A DNA stretch of 61,869 nt, the filler included, from Aduncisulcus paluster (lineage: Eukaryota): assembly GCA_024181965.1 (NCBI GenBank). It is 6 parts of 6 records of this genome, joined end to end, with 100 filler letters (N's around TTAATTAATTAA, not from the genome) between each part and the next. Parts side by side here need not be neighbours in the genome. Positions count along the whole stretch, not along the records: positions 10,087 to 23,044 come from BQXS01011179.1; positions 23,145 to 40,493 come from BQXS01011180.1; 4 more parts are not named here. One strand, given 5' to 3'. The notes beneath the pieces were generated by a model. It did not search any database. It worked only from the letters and a program-made list of their open reading frames with translations, and was not told the DNA's origin. The translations under genes were made by a program, and so were the position numbers. The number at the start of each line of letters is the position of its first letter. The first letter of the stretch is position 1. Below are positions 11,066-24,063 of the stretch, piece after piece.

Positions 11066-14000
11066 ATGCATAATTGCACTCATGAAAAAAATATAAACTT
11101 GAAAACATTCCTTAAAGAATTCCATACCTCTGTAGTACAGTCAGAGACAAAGTATGATAGCTCAAACAAGAATCCCTTAGATAATATATTATTTCATATG
11201 CAATTTTTGCCCTTTAGATATAGAAATACTAGTCAAGCAATAGCATTATTTACAAATAATGAAAATCAACTAGATATCCAAGCAAATATTTCTTACGTAA
11301 ATAAGCTCTCTTTTCATGAAGTCTGTCTTATCTTTCAATATTTAGCATCTATTTCGAAAGCATTTTATCCAAAATTTGTGAACACATTCATTATTCCAGC
11401 ATTTGGAGTTATTGTTTCTGAACAATGCCCGATGGAAACCACACATTCCCTTTCTTCAGCTGAAGAGGGAATCCCAGATCTCATTCCAACTTATTCGGTT
11501 GGTATTATTTATGAGATGTATAATTCAACTTTGGCAGATATTGTAAGTGAGACGCAAGCTTCGTGTGATTCTATGTTCGGATCTCCAAGCCTCCATAATT
11601 CTTCTTTTCGTGATCCGTTCACTCCATCAACCACTCCTACTCAATCTTTATCGACCCCTTTGTCTTCTATGTCCATTCCAGATACTGTTACCCCAATGTC
11701 TCTCTCACTCGTTGAGAAGGTCTATAATTGTATCTCCCTGCTTCACTCGCATGGGGGCATTCATGGGTTTTTATCCCCACTGTCATTTGCTGTCGATCCT
11801 TCTTCTGGACTGGTTCTTATCTGTGATTTGTGGACCATTTTACTGGGGCTTGTTGCTAGCGTCGTTCGTGTTGGTGGGTGGGAGGAAAGAAAACGTGTAG
11901 AAAAGAAATCTCTCGAAGACTTAGAAACAAGATCTTGTGTGACAGAAGCTGTTATGTCTCATTCCTTGGAGGACGACTATGATCTTCCTTGCCCTAAGTC
12001 TGTGTCATTCACATCTGTATTTCCATTTATTCCGACCATTTCATTGCCCTACATAAGTCCCCAATCTCCTCTTAGACTCTGTGAGAGTGCCTGGATCGAT
12101 CTGGATAGTTATCTGAGTGAGAAAGAGGAGGAAAAGGCAGGAGGAGAGGAGAGCGATGATGAGATAAGGGTGAGAAATGTGAGGAAACGAAGTGGCAGTG
12201 TGAGTGGGAACAACGAGGAACAAGGTAAACAACTCAGTGTGGTTATATGTCATGAAATATACTCCATTTTAAAGGCCATGCAAGAGAGAAAGGAGAAAGG
12301 GGAGTGGAAAGAAGGAGAGAAAAGCGAGGAAGTCCGTTTTATTAGTGCTGTTTCATCATTCACATGTTCTGACTCGTTGTTCTTCTCACCGCTCTCTTTA
12401 CTTGTCCCACCTTCCAAATTGAAGGGTTCTTCGATTGAATCTTATATTAATCATCTTCAAACGTTCGATTCCTTCTCCTTGTCCTTGATATCCTTGAATC
12501 TACTCTCTCTATCCGCTCCTTTCCTCTCATTCTTCCGTATATTCTCTGTATTTGCTGCACGGGATGCCATTAACTATGCTATTTGTGAAGGAAACTTTCC
12601 AGAATTCCCCTTGGAAGATCGTGAAGCTGACCAAGACAAGCAGGAAAAAGAGAAACACTCTAATCAATCCTTGTTCTTTGTATACAGGTCTGGGCTAAAT
12701 CCTATTCCTTCAATGCGGATGGTTCCCTCTGAAATGACTCCCATTGTGAAGAAATGTGTTCATTCTCTGATACAGGAAGTGAAGGCGAGACGGGTTCGAG
12801 GTCATTTCCAACCCCCAGGATCTGTTTCGAAGAACACCCCGGTGTCAGTTATCTTGTCCAACCATACGTCTGTAGTTTTACCAGGTAATGATATCAAAGA
12901 TGGTCCAAAACAATTACCTATTTTTGCGCATAAACTCTCCATCCTTGAGCAACGTGAGAAGGAAATCCTCGAAGCTAGAGATCGTAAGAGTCGAGATTCC
13001 ATCCCAAGGGAAGAAAAGGTCATTTATGGAGATGTTGAAGATCAGACAGTCGGAAATACATCGTTATGTTCTGGATCTGGTCACCATTTACAAGCCGAGT
13101 TCTCTGTTGACCCTGGAAAGGACGATGTTAATGAGTATTCGATTGACACCATTGATAGTGATGAATCTGATGTGTCTCAGAATAGAAGAAACACACATGA
13201 TGGTGTGATTCCATCTATTCGGAAAGAATCCTCTATTGTTGATCCTTCAAAGCTTCAGAATGTGATGGAACATAAGGATATCCACGAAACAGTGGAAAGG
13301 AAGGCTCAGTTCGACTCAGATGGAAAGAGAGATGAAGAGTATCGTGAGGATCATGTTGAACAAGATAGATCTGTGACTCCCGTTGCTTCTGACCGGTGTG
13401 GTGAGGATTCATTTGGTTCTCCGTCTCTTTTGTCCATGTCACACACGCTATTTCCAGAAACACACGAACTACCTCAACACTCACAACTCATAACTCCTCA
13501 AGTAGGCATTCCTTCCACTCCAATCCCCAAGGCCCCTCTCACGATGTCTGCTCTTGGTGTCAACGTGAATGGGACTATAGTTTCTGATTTGGAGGATGCA
13601 GATTTGTCTGGTTCTTTCCCTCTTCGTAGTTATGTGCTTGAATCTCCTTTTGCTTCTGCACTTGAACGCGAGAAGAGAAGTATCAGGGAGCAAGAAAGGA
13701 AGAAGAAAGAGGAAGAGGAGAGAAGTCGGCTTGAGCTGCTCAGGAAAAGACAGTTGGATATTATTGCTGATTATGATACTAACATTGAAAAACAAAGAAG
13801 CGAAAGGAAACTACAGGAATTGAGAAAGGAAGAGGCAAAGAGAAGAGAAAAGGAAAGACGCCGAGTAGCCGAACAAGTCAGAAGTCAGCGTATCGTAGAA
13901 GCAAGGAGACTCGAAGAGGAGAAAAAACAACTTGAGATTGAATCTCTGAGAAAAAGTAGGAATGAAGATCCCAACCCAACGTTATTTAGTCTTTCAAAGT

Positions 14001-16572
14001 TAGAACATTCTTATTCCGGCATTCCTCTCTCCCCCATTAGTCATATTCTCCCCTCTTCTCCTTCCACCGATATCTCCAGTAACGTTCACGATCTAACTGG
14101 TATCATTGATCTTCCACCAATACCTTCTCCTTCATTGGCACTTCCTCCGGCACCTTCTCCTTCTCACTCCTTTTCTCTCTCACATGTCCTCCATTCAGGT
14201 GGGGCTAGTAGCTCTGGAGTTGTCGTAGATCATGAGGAACTGAAGGATGGAGATTCTAAAGCTGGAGATGGATGTGTTGATGCGTACGGCTCTTATGATC
14301 AATTTTATTGTCACAAGCATCCAGATGTTTCAAGTTCACTTTATTGTGATACTTGTCAAGCATGTATTTGTGAGTTGTGTTGTGAATCTACGTGCAAACG
14401 GCATTCAAGATCTTCTATTGCTGAAGCTATCCATGTGTGTCGTGATGTTGAACGTCTTGAAGGAAGGCTGGCTGCAGATGACACTGAAGCCCCTAGTACT
14501 TTGTTATTTGTCCCTTCTGATTCTGACGGTGTCATTATTCAACATATCAGACAGGCCTATGGACAGGCTATCGGATTGAAATATCTTCTCGACAAGCAAA
14601 AGGTGAAACAAGAAGAGACTGAGATGTCGATTGTGTTGCTTGAAAAAGAACTTGGAAGATGTTTTACTATCTTAGAACAAAAGAAAGAAGAAAATGAAGA
14701 GATGAAAAGAAAAGTTAACAATTGTAGTTCTGTTCTTGCGGAGATTCAGACCATTCTTGTATCTCAAACAGACCTCCCTTCTTGCTTTTCGTCTTCTTTC
14801 GCCCTTACAATCGATCAGCTTGAGGAAGGGAAGAGACAAGCTGATGAAGAATTGTACTTTTCTTGTCAGAATATTCAGCATATCAAGACAAATATTGCAT
14901 CAATTCAACAAAGAGTCAGCTATTTGAAGGACATTAAGACTCGTTGGAAAGACAATTATGAGTGTATCTGTGAGTGTGTCTCAAGTCTGAAGGTTTTATT
15001 GACAAATTCCAGTATGACCAAGGAAAAAATCATTGCTGTCACTCAAAAGGATGATAAGGATGAGAATATTTCCCTTGTTACTAGAGTTTTCAAGCTTACA
15101 AGTTCCATATGTCCCCCTTCCCTGCTTCCTTTCCTCTCTTTTATCCCACACTCATCTTTGATAAGGTCCTGCCTGAGTCAGCCAACATCCAGGACGTCTT
15201 CTGGTTTGGTTGTATCCAGGCCTCTTATCGTTGGACTTCTTGATGATGTCCCTTTCGTCAAAAAAGTTGTAGAGGGGAAGAGTCCGCAACTCTTCGGNNN
15301 NNNNNNNNNNNNNNNNNGACAAATTCCAGTATGACCAAGGAAAAAATCATTGCTGTCACTCAAAAGGATGATAAGGATGAGAATATTTCCCTTGTTACTA
15401 GAGTTTTCAAGCTTACAAGTTCCATATGTCCCCCTTCCCTGCTTCCTTTCCTCTCTTTTATCCCACACTCATCTTTGATAAGGTCCTGCCTGAGTCAGCC
15501 AACATCCAGGACGTCTTCTGGTTTGGTTGTATCCAGGCCTCTTATCGTTGGACTTCTTGATGATGTCCCTTTCGTCAAAAAAGTTGTAGAGGGGAAGAGT
15601 CCGCAACTCTTCGGGAATGGAGACTCTGACAACCAGATGGATAAAAGTCGTATGAATGCATGGGGCTGTATTATTCCGGATATCATGTGTCTTGTTCTAT
15701 TTATATCCGGAGTGGGAATCTGCTTGACTAATTTATTCGATTCCTCGGATGGAGTTGTGAAGAATCACTTTGTATCATGGACAATTGATGATCTATTGCA
15801 ACCCGTGTACATTAAAGGAATGGTCTATTTTGTCCCATCATATCGGAGGGCAAAGAAGAGCAGTCAAGGCAAGGAGAGCAGTGAATCTGGCCATCCTATT
15901 CGTGTGTATTCATCCTCTATTGCCGACCTTCTAAAGTCAAAGAGACCTACATCACATCTGGCACTCGTGTCTGACGATATCGCTGCGATTGTTCCTTGGG
16001 CTTATTGTGGGATTGGCAAGGGAGTATTGTTTGGAGGTGAGGAAGGAAAAGTTGTTCTCTTTTCTCCTTCCAGTAGGTCACAGAATACCATGGATGAGGT
16101 TACAATGCGTCATGGAGATGCACAGAGAGAGCTTGGGGACGTTTCTGTTCATCGTTTCACATCGATGGCCCTCTCTGATGATGGATTCTGCCTTCCTGTC
16201 CGACCTTGTCTCGGAGGAAAATCTTTTGTACTGACTCCAAAGTGTACCAAATGGATTGGGAGGAAGGGCGGACAGGTGGTTGTTGATACAGCTGAACTTG
16301 AATCGAGTAAGAAAGAAAGTTCACCATTGGATGATTGCTTAATCAGCCTGAGAACAACAAAATCGAAGACTCCAACACTCGGAGGATATATTAGAGTGTA
16401 TGAAGAGGGCAAAATGTTTGTCCGGGGAGAGAATGAAGTTGAAATCTCAATCGATGGAAATAGTCTATCAGTGAGAAGAAACATGATATTCCACATTTGT
16501 CATGACATTTATCTGTTCTTAGATAATCATTCGGCTAAGTGGATGATGATTAAGGTTGTATTTGATGTATAA
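11066..16572 (+). CDS. Large protein: pseudokinase-like domain, coiled coil, B-box zinc finger, coiled coil, C-terminal beta-rich domain (one gene split by an overlap gap)
   Basis: Degenerate kinase HSHGGIHGFLSP...ICDLW; B-box CHKH...YCDTCQACICELC...H; removing the duplicated copy 15318-15614 joins the two ORFs in frame. Confidence 0.7.
15001..15614. repeat. Unmerged assembly overlap: 15001-15297 duplicated at 15318-15614
   Basis: Identical 297-bp copies flank a 20-N gap. Confidence 0.9.
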
Positions 16573-16780
16573 AAATGATTTTTAAATCGCTTGGACTTGT
16601 ATTCTTTGCAAAAAATAGAATTTTCTCGTAGAAACTCAATTATTAGAATAAATCAATTATATTTGAATTTATTGGTGTTATATATATCTTTTATTGTTAT
16701 TTTAGCCAGGAGCAAACTAATTGATTGCTCATAGTACAATGAATGATTGAATCATCCCATTTTGATTGTTATAACCAGAT

Positions 16781-19700
16781 ATGTTTTCTGACGAGGAGAT
16801 AAGGGCTCTGATTTCTGAATGTGAAACTCAAGAAGGAAAATTTAAGGTCATAACTACTCGATTTTCTCGATTGAGACAATATTTGCATAGTTACGTTTCT
16901 CCTGCTCCATTTAGGGAGGAATCAACAACTATTCCACAAACAAAGAAAGCCAAAAAAACATACTCTGATGTTGGATACTTTCAAAAGTATGGATATGATG
17001 AAGATGACTCAAATGATGATGATATTGTCGATTCCACTCCCCGATCAAATGATGTTTTTTTAAAACCTCTATCACAATATAGAGAACATATTAAACCGCT
17101 ATTGAGTTCTGATATTTCTCTATCTACAGCTTCTTTCCAGCGAATTGATCCTCTGAATCAAATCCACCTTCCTCCGCCGTCTTTATTGATATTACTTAGA
17201 CTTTTATGCTCTTTATCCCGTATTACATCCCCATCATTATGTAGAAAGTTGTATTTTCATTGCTATTTGGATATTAATTGTCTGATGGACATGTTCAATG
17301 ACAGTGAAACAATTGCCCGACTTGGCTTCAATTTCATGGCTCGATGTATTGCAATGGGGGGAAGTAGTAGCAGAGAGAGGAGAGATATAGCCTTGGATGG
17401 CGATTCAAGTTCTTCAATGAGTGGATCGAACTCTGAAGGTGAGAAAGGGAAGAATCCAAAGAAACTCTCAAAGAGACAAAGAAAAAGACTAAAAAAGAAA
17501 GAGAAAGAAGAGAAAGAGAGAAGTAGAGAAGTAGAAAAGCAAAAGAATGATGATATTGTTAGTGATAGTGCCTGTCCCACTCAACCGAAAGACAAAACAA
17601 CCATATATACGGCACAAGGGGATAAAATTCCAGATATATGGACCCTTGAAGGTGATCTACTGTATGCATCTGAATGCTGTGTCGATGAAGAAGTCTCCCA
17701 TAAACCTGTGTGTGATCAGTTCACTTGGATCACGTTCCAGACCATTAAAGGGAAAATATCGATGTGGTTAAAGAGATACAAGTCATACAAATGTCTAAAG
17801 CAGCTTCTTGCCATCATTTGTGCCTTGTCTGAGTGTCAATTTCTCTGTGGAGAAGAAGAGATGATGTCGCTTATTATTATGCCGATCGTGCAGTTTGTAG
17901 CCGACAACAGTAACGGTAGATGTCCGTACACGTGGTGTTTGCGATTCTTGCATCGGTTAAAGGGTGAAGAAGAAAAGAGTGATGCCGTGGAAGAATCATC
18001 GGTTCAAGAGAAAGAAGAGAAAGAGAGAAGTAGAGAAGTAGAAAAGCAAAAGAATGATGATATTGTTAGTGATAGTGCCTGTCCCACTCAACCGAAAGAC
18101 AAAACAACCATATATACGGCACAAGGGGATAAAATTCCAGATATATGGACCCTTGAAGGTGATCTACTGTATGCATCTGAATGCTGTGTCGATGAAGAAG
18201 TCTCCCATAAACCTGTGTGTGATCAGTTCACTTGGATCACGTTCCAGACCATTAAAGGGAAAATATCGATGTGGTTAAAGAGATACAAGTCATACAAATG
18301 TCTAAAGCAGCTTCTTGCCATCATTTGTGCCTTGTCTGAGTGTCAATTTCTCTGTGGAGAAGAAGAGATGATGTCGCTTATTATTATGCCGATCGTGCAG
18401 TTTGTAGCCGACAACAGTAACGGTAGATGTCCGTACACGTGGTGTTTGCGATTCTTGCATCGGTTAAAGGGTGAAGAAGAAAAGAGTGATGCCGTGGAAG
18501 AATCATCGGTTCATGACGAAAAAGAGGAAGATGAACCTGTAAAAAAGAGGAAATATGATACTATTGTGAAGAAAACCCTTAAGAACAAGATAGTTCCACA
18601 GTTTGAGGTTGCTCTTGAAGATGGAATTCCACTGAACATTGAATATTGCCCTCATATTTTAAGTCTCACCCATACAAACACTGGAAAACGGATAAAATTC
18701 TTCTCTAACTTTGATATTGCTGGTGCTTCCGATATGTTTTCATATTGTGGCAAGCTTTTGTGTTGTATTCTCTACAACATTATGTTTTTTAATCCCTTGA
18801 TGGCTATCGAAGTATTTCGGCTAATAATGATGCATATTGAAGGGTGGTTTACCGTCTCCATATGGACTGATAACTTTGAAAATGTGATGTGGTTGATGCG
18901 AGTCATCGATATATGTGTTAACAGCGTCTATCATCTCTCAACAACTAAAGATAACCTCCACAAGGACTGCTCGCATAAGAAGAAGTATGGCAATGATAGG
19001 ATGGACCCTCTGAGCTGTGAAGAATTGCAGAAGAAGTTCTTGGTGGGCATCTATGGGGCTGTTAGTCCGTTTTATCTTCATTTGATTGATCCTTCTTTTA
19101 GTTTCTCAATACCTCTATTTATAAAAGAATCCTCAGAGTCCGAAGAAGATAAACCCACAAAAGTTAAGGATGAAACCACATGTTCGAATTCTATTTTTGT
19201 CGATGAGTCTGGGAATCTGGTTGTGGATTATGGTTCATCGGTGGGTGACGAAGGTACATCANNNNNNNNNNNNNNNNNNNNCCCTCTGAGCTGTGAAGAA
19301 TTGCAGAAGAAGTTCTTGGTGGGCATCTATGGGGCTGTTAGTCCGTTTTATCTTCATTTGATTGATCCTTCTTTTAGTTTCTCAATACCTCTATTTATAA
19401 AAGAATCCTCAGAGTCCGAAGAAGATAAACCCACAAAAGTTAAGGATGAAACCCCATGTTCGAATTCTATTTTTGTCGATGAGTCTGGGAATCTGGTTGT
19501 GGATTATGGTTCATCGGTGGGTGACGAAGGTACATCAGTGTATATTGGGCCCGAGATCCCAGTTGTGAGGCAGGTTGTGAAGGATTATCATTCTTTGTGC
19601 TGCAAGGATAACATTGAGCAGAAAGAAAGGGAAGTGGAACAGCGAGAGAAGGAAGAAAGGAAGAAGAGAAACCCTGATGAAAGAATTCAGAGTACAGTTA

Positions 19701-22700
19701 TGGCATCTGATGATGATCTTGTAACGTATAACTATTGCTATGGTCTTCCTTTCTTCCCTGAGAAAGTGGTGTGCCAAGCCTTGTCCAGTTTGTGTTCGAT
19801 TTCTGCCCTTAACTCTTCTAGCACTAAAATTCGTCTCTTGTACAAAATAGAAAGAATTCTTCCCCAATGGTTTGTGAGATACAAACAACCGACAACTCTG
19901 AACCAGATATTTAGGTTGTTATGTATCATATTTTCTTCAATGGATTCGGTATCCGATCAATACTATGACTCAATGTTCATTCCTGCATTATATATATCTG
20001 TAAACGAGTCAAACAAATCATTCAAATCCTTCGAATCGCTGTATTTTTGCATGAGTTTTATTTCTGTTGTGATCCAGAAACGTCCGGATTGGACCAGTGT
20101 TGTTTTCGATAGAATATGCAAATATGATTTCCTCCGTGTTTTAATGGATTGGTGCGCAAAGTCTTGTCATTCTGAGATTGTTGTTATATTTATTCAACTT
20201 CTCTTCTCTTTTGTGAGCATGAAAGGAAGACAAGAAAACGTGTTCCATATTATGAAGAAAGATCTGTTCAAACTGATGAACAGATTTGTAGAAGGGAAGA
20301 AACAACTTGAATTATCTCTTCTTGTTCAAGTTTTCATGGGGTTTTCAATCAATTCCAATGAGGATATGCGTTACTTGGCTGTTTACCCTACCCTTTCTGA
20401 TGAGAAGAGAATGTCTATACTCAATAATGAACTTCTCCTGGCAATGTATTCATCGATAAAAAAAGACTATTTCTTATCTTGGATGAAGATCTGTGACTCC
20501 GTTCCTCTATTTCACACCATTATTTCCATCATGTGGCTGCTATTCCGGCATTGTCCAGCGTCAATTCCTTTCTTTAGCTCACAATGTCTGAAACTATTCG
20601 TGAAGATGACATTCGCTTGTATTGATGGGGTCGTGGATGCCATTGACGAGTGGTGTTATCTGATTGGGGAGATGACAAACAAGTTTAACCTCCAACAGAT
20701 GACTCAATTTCTAGCTTCATGTGACGGAGATCATGAGTCGACTCTTTTGTTCGAAATTGGATATCGTCTGCTTATAGACAGCCATAAGAAGACACAAATG
20801 CAAGGGTTTATGAGTCTTTTGATCTCCTTTTATGAAGTATTTGAAATGGAAGGCGCCAAGAAACTGAAATCTCGCTTTATGGTAACTTATGGATCATTAA
20901 TGATGGCCTTTGTTGATGATTGCCACATCTCTTGTTCTTCTCAAACCCAAACTATTCTCGTATCCAATTTAATTGAGGATTTCAAGGAGTTCAGTACAAG
21001 AACGTCACGAAAAGCTCGAGCATTGAGACCTGCTGAGGGAATCCAATTGCTCAAAGATAAAAAGAATCTTGTTGAACGGGCTCGAGATGATCGTGAACGA
21101 GGTCCCACTCAGATCGGAATTCCCATACCAGCACCTATGGGTCCTCCTGGAGTCCCGTTCGATATTCCCAAGGGTGATGGTCCCAGTATCACGTTTGTCA
21201 CTGGTGCCCCTCCTCCCAATATGCCCTCTTCTATCATCCAACCGCACGGCATTACCTTCAACAAGACAACCCATATTGAGATTGATGGGAGAGAGTCGTC
21301 ATCACTCGGTCTGCGTACAGATGGAGCTGTGGTCGATATTGTGAGGACTAAGTCGAACTCTGAGGATAAAAATAGAAAGAGAACAAGATTAGATTATGTT
21401 TCGAAAGAATTTGGAAGTAATCCTTCTCTTGACACCCAGATAAAGGATGATTCTAGTGAAGTGGATCCTGTTTTGGGTTCGACCATGACAATTCTGCCAT
21501 CCTCCGTGTCTCCATTCTCTACTGAATTCTCTAGTTTCCTTACTCTTCCTATTGCTCTGAATTGTGATTTGTTTGCTTCCCTTTCTCTCTCCTCAAGTGT
21601 ATTTCGAGTATCCTGTTGCGATACACCCTGTCCAGGTCTGCACAATGACCATGGCTGGGATGGTCGTCCAATCTTATGTGTAGAACTGATGAGTGAAATT
21701 GTTGGGGAGACCCTTGAAGAGATTCCACCTGGATTTGAAAGGGATGGTGATGCAGCTATTGAACGACCACATTCATCTCATACATTTAAGGAATTTTTGA
21801 CAGAAAATGGAATTATTGAAAGACTTCCCCTTCCTTCATTGGCCTTTCCCAGAGATATCTCCTTCTTTTCCGATATCTTAGAGCATGTTATGACATCTTA
21901 CCCTCCATATAGTTCCACTCTTCATTCCACCCCTCACGAAGACCGTGAATCGAACATGTCTGTCGCATCATTGTTGCTCAGCTTTGATCGTAAATTACAC
22001 CGATCTCATGACTCTGATTATTCTGTCATTAGTCGAATGTCACAGATGTTTTTGTTGACCGAGCGTGACACTCAAGATTGGAGAGTTGTCAATGAGACGT
22101 GGCAACTTGGGAAGAAAGGCGGAAAGTTAGTCATTAGACAAGGGCTCAACACCAATCAAAAGAATAGTGGGGCGAGTAAGGAGCTCAAGGAAAATCGGAA
22201 AAAACCTGGAGAAACTGCTGAATCAAAGAAACCTCTTGCTGTATCAAAGAAACCTCTTGCTGAATCAAAGAAACCTCTTGCTGTATCAAAGAAACCTCTG
22301 ACAAAGGATGATAGGGAGTCGACCATCAGGAAGAAAAAGAAAACTGTCATACTGGAAGAATCTGTCGAAGAAACGAAGAAGAAAGAAGAGGAAAAGAAAA
22401 GAAAAAAGCTTGAAGAGAAAAAGAAGAGAAAAGAGGAGAAAAGAAAGAAGAGAGAAGAAGAGATGAAGAGAGCTGCGAGAGAAAGAGAGAAAGAGAGAAA
22501 GAGAAAAGAGGAGGAAAAGAAGAAAGAGAGAGAGAAGAAGAAGAAGAGCGTGCGAAAGGAGAAGAAACACGAAACGCCTCTTGAAAAATTGGAAAGGGAG
22601 AAATTAGCTCTTGAAATTGAGGCTCAAAAGGTCAAAGAATTGGAACGCCGGAATAAGGAAGACAAGGAATTGAGAAGAAAGGAAGAGGAAGAGAGAAGAA

Positions 22701-23044
22701 AAGAAGAGGAAGAGAAGGAGAGGTTGAAAGAAGAAGAGAGATTACGAATGTTTGAGGAAGAAGAGAGGAAAGAGATTGAAAGACAACAAATCTTGGAAGA
22801 AAAAAAGGATGAAATTATGTCACAGATAACATTTATGGATAAACCCGTTCATTTCTCCTTCCTTCCGCCCTCTTTGGACCCCATTCCACTTCCCACGTCT
22901 TACGTTGATGAATTCTATGAGAATATTTCAAAGATATCGCCTCATAAGCGGCCTATTCTTCTTCTTCTCCCGTCTTTGCCTCTGTATATGGCCAACAAAA
23001 GGCCTTGCACAGTTGTTTCTAACACTGGGCATTGGGATCTATCC
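16781..23044 (+). CDS. Very large hypothetical helical protein with K/E/R-rich coiled-coil C-terminus, 3' truncated
   Basis: Continuous ORF to the linker; contains a 507-bp internal duplication and a gap overlap. Confidence 0.75.
17499..18513. repeat. In-frame 507-bp perfect tandem duplication
   Basis: 17499-18006 equals 18006-18513, with no N gap between the copies. Confidence 0.9.
19006..19537. repeat. Assembly overlap: 19006-19261 duplicated at 19282-19537 with one mismatch
   Basis: Copies flank a 20-N gap; A19178 versus C19454. Confidence 0.9.
22216..22299. repeat. 21-bp coding tandem repeat x4 (SKKPLA[V/E])
   Basis: ctg[a/t]atcaaagaaacctcttg units in tandem. Confidence 0.9.
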
Positions 23045-23144
23045 NNNNNNNNNNNNNNNNNNNNNNNNNNNNNNNNNNNNNNNNNNNNTTAATTAATTAA
23101 NNNNNNNNNNNNNNNNNNNNNNNNNNNNNNNNNNNNNNNNNNNN
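23045..23144. other. Artificial scaffold linker
   Basis: TTAATTAATTAA at 23089-23100 within N runs. Confidence 0.97.
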
Positions 23145-23726
23145 TTTCTTTTTAAGTACTTCTTCAACTTTCTTACCCTTTGACTTGGATTTTTTGACCT
23201 TCTTGGCCTTTTTCGACTTCTGGGGGGTTTCTTCCTCTTCTTCTGTTTTATCTCCCATAATATCGTCAAAAGAAATTCCCCACTCTTCCAATTCTGCCAA
23301 TTGTCGTTTCAATTTCTCAACCATCCGTTTCGCCCGCTTCTCCATTGTTTCGACAGAAGCTTCATTAAATTTATGTCTACTAGCGGCAACAGCGGGTTTT
23401 GTTCCACAGAATGGCCGTGTAATTTTGTATTTAGAAGAAAAAGTCATAGGATGGACATCTTTTGGGGGAACACACCGTACCTGGAGCAAATGTCCTTCAA
23501 GAATATAATTGTTCAAATTATCCGCAGCAATCTCTGCAACTTCAGGATCTTGGAACTGAACAAAACCAAAATGTCTACTAATTCCGGTTTTGGGGCTCCT
23601 TGACAGACGTAAGTTAGTGATAGTTCCGAATTGAGAAAAAAGAGTTTTTAAGTTCTTTTCATCGAATTGAGCTGGTAATCTACCAATGTATATAACACCT
23701 TCACAATTTTTTTCCTTCCTGGACAT
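23145..23726 (-). CDS. NOP15: Nop15/NIFK-like RRM ribosome biogenesis protein, 3' truncated
   Basis: GVIYIGRLP, RLSRSPKTGISRHFGFVQF, AADNLNNYILEGHLL and VHP match the Nop15/NIFK RRM. Confidence 0.85.
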
Positions 23727-24063
23727 GCCAATACCACCCAAAAGCGTAGAAACAAATGATTGGAATTTTCTCTAAATATAATTCCCAAATTCCAAACAAA
23801 ATTGCAATTAAATTGCATCTACATTATGAATATAATATGAAATCTTCATGAAAATCCTTCATTTGGCCGTTTGCGTGTGATTTGTCTATATGTTAATATG
23901 ATTAATTTCATAGGTACAAAAAGACAATATTCGTCCTATAGTGATGTGGCTATTAATAAATATTTTTTTATTCACATTGAAAATGACAACAAAGAGGTAT
24001 TGAGCTTTTTGTTCGAGGCAGCTGTCAACACAATTGAATTGATTTGACGTTTTGACAAACAAT

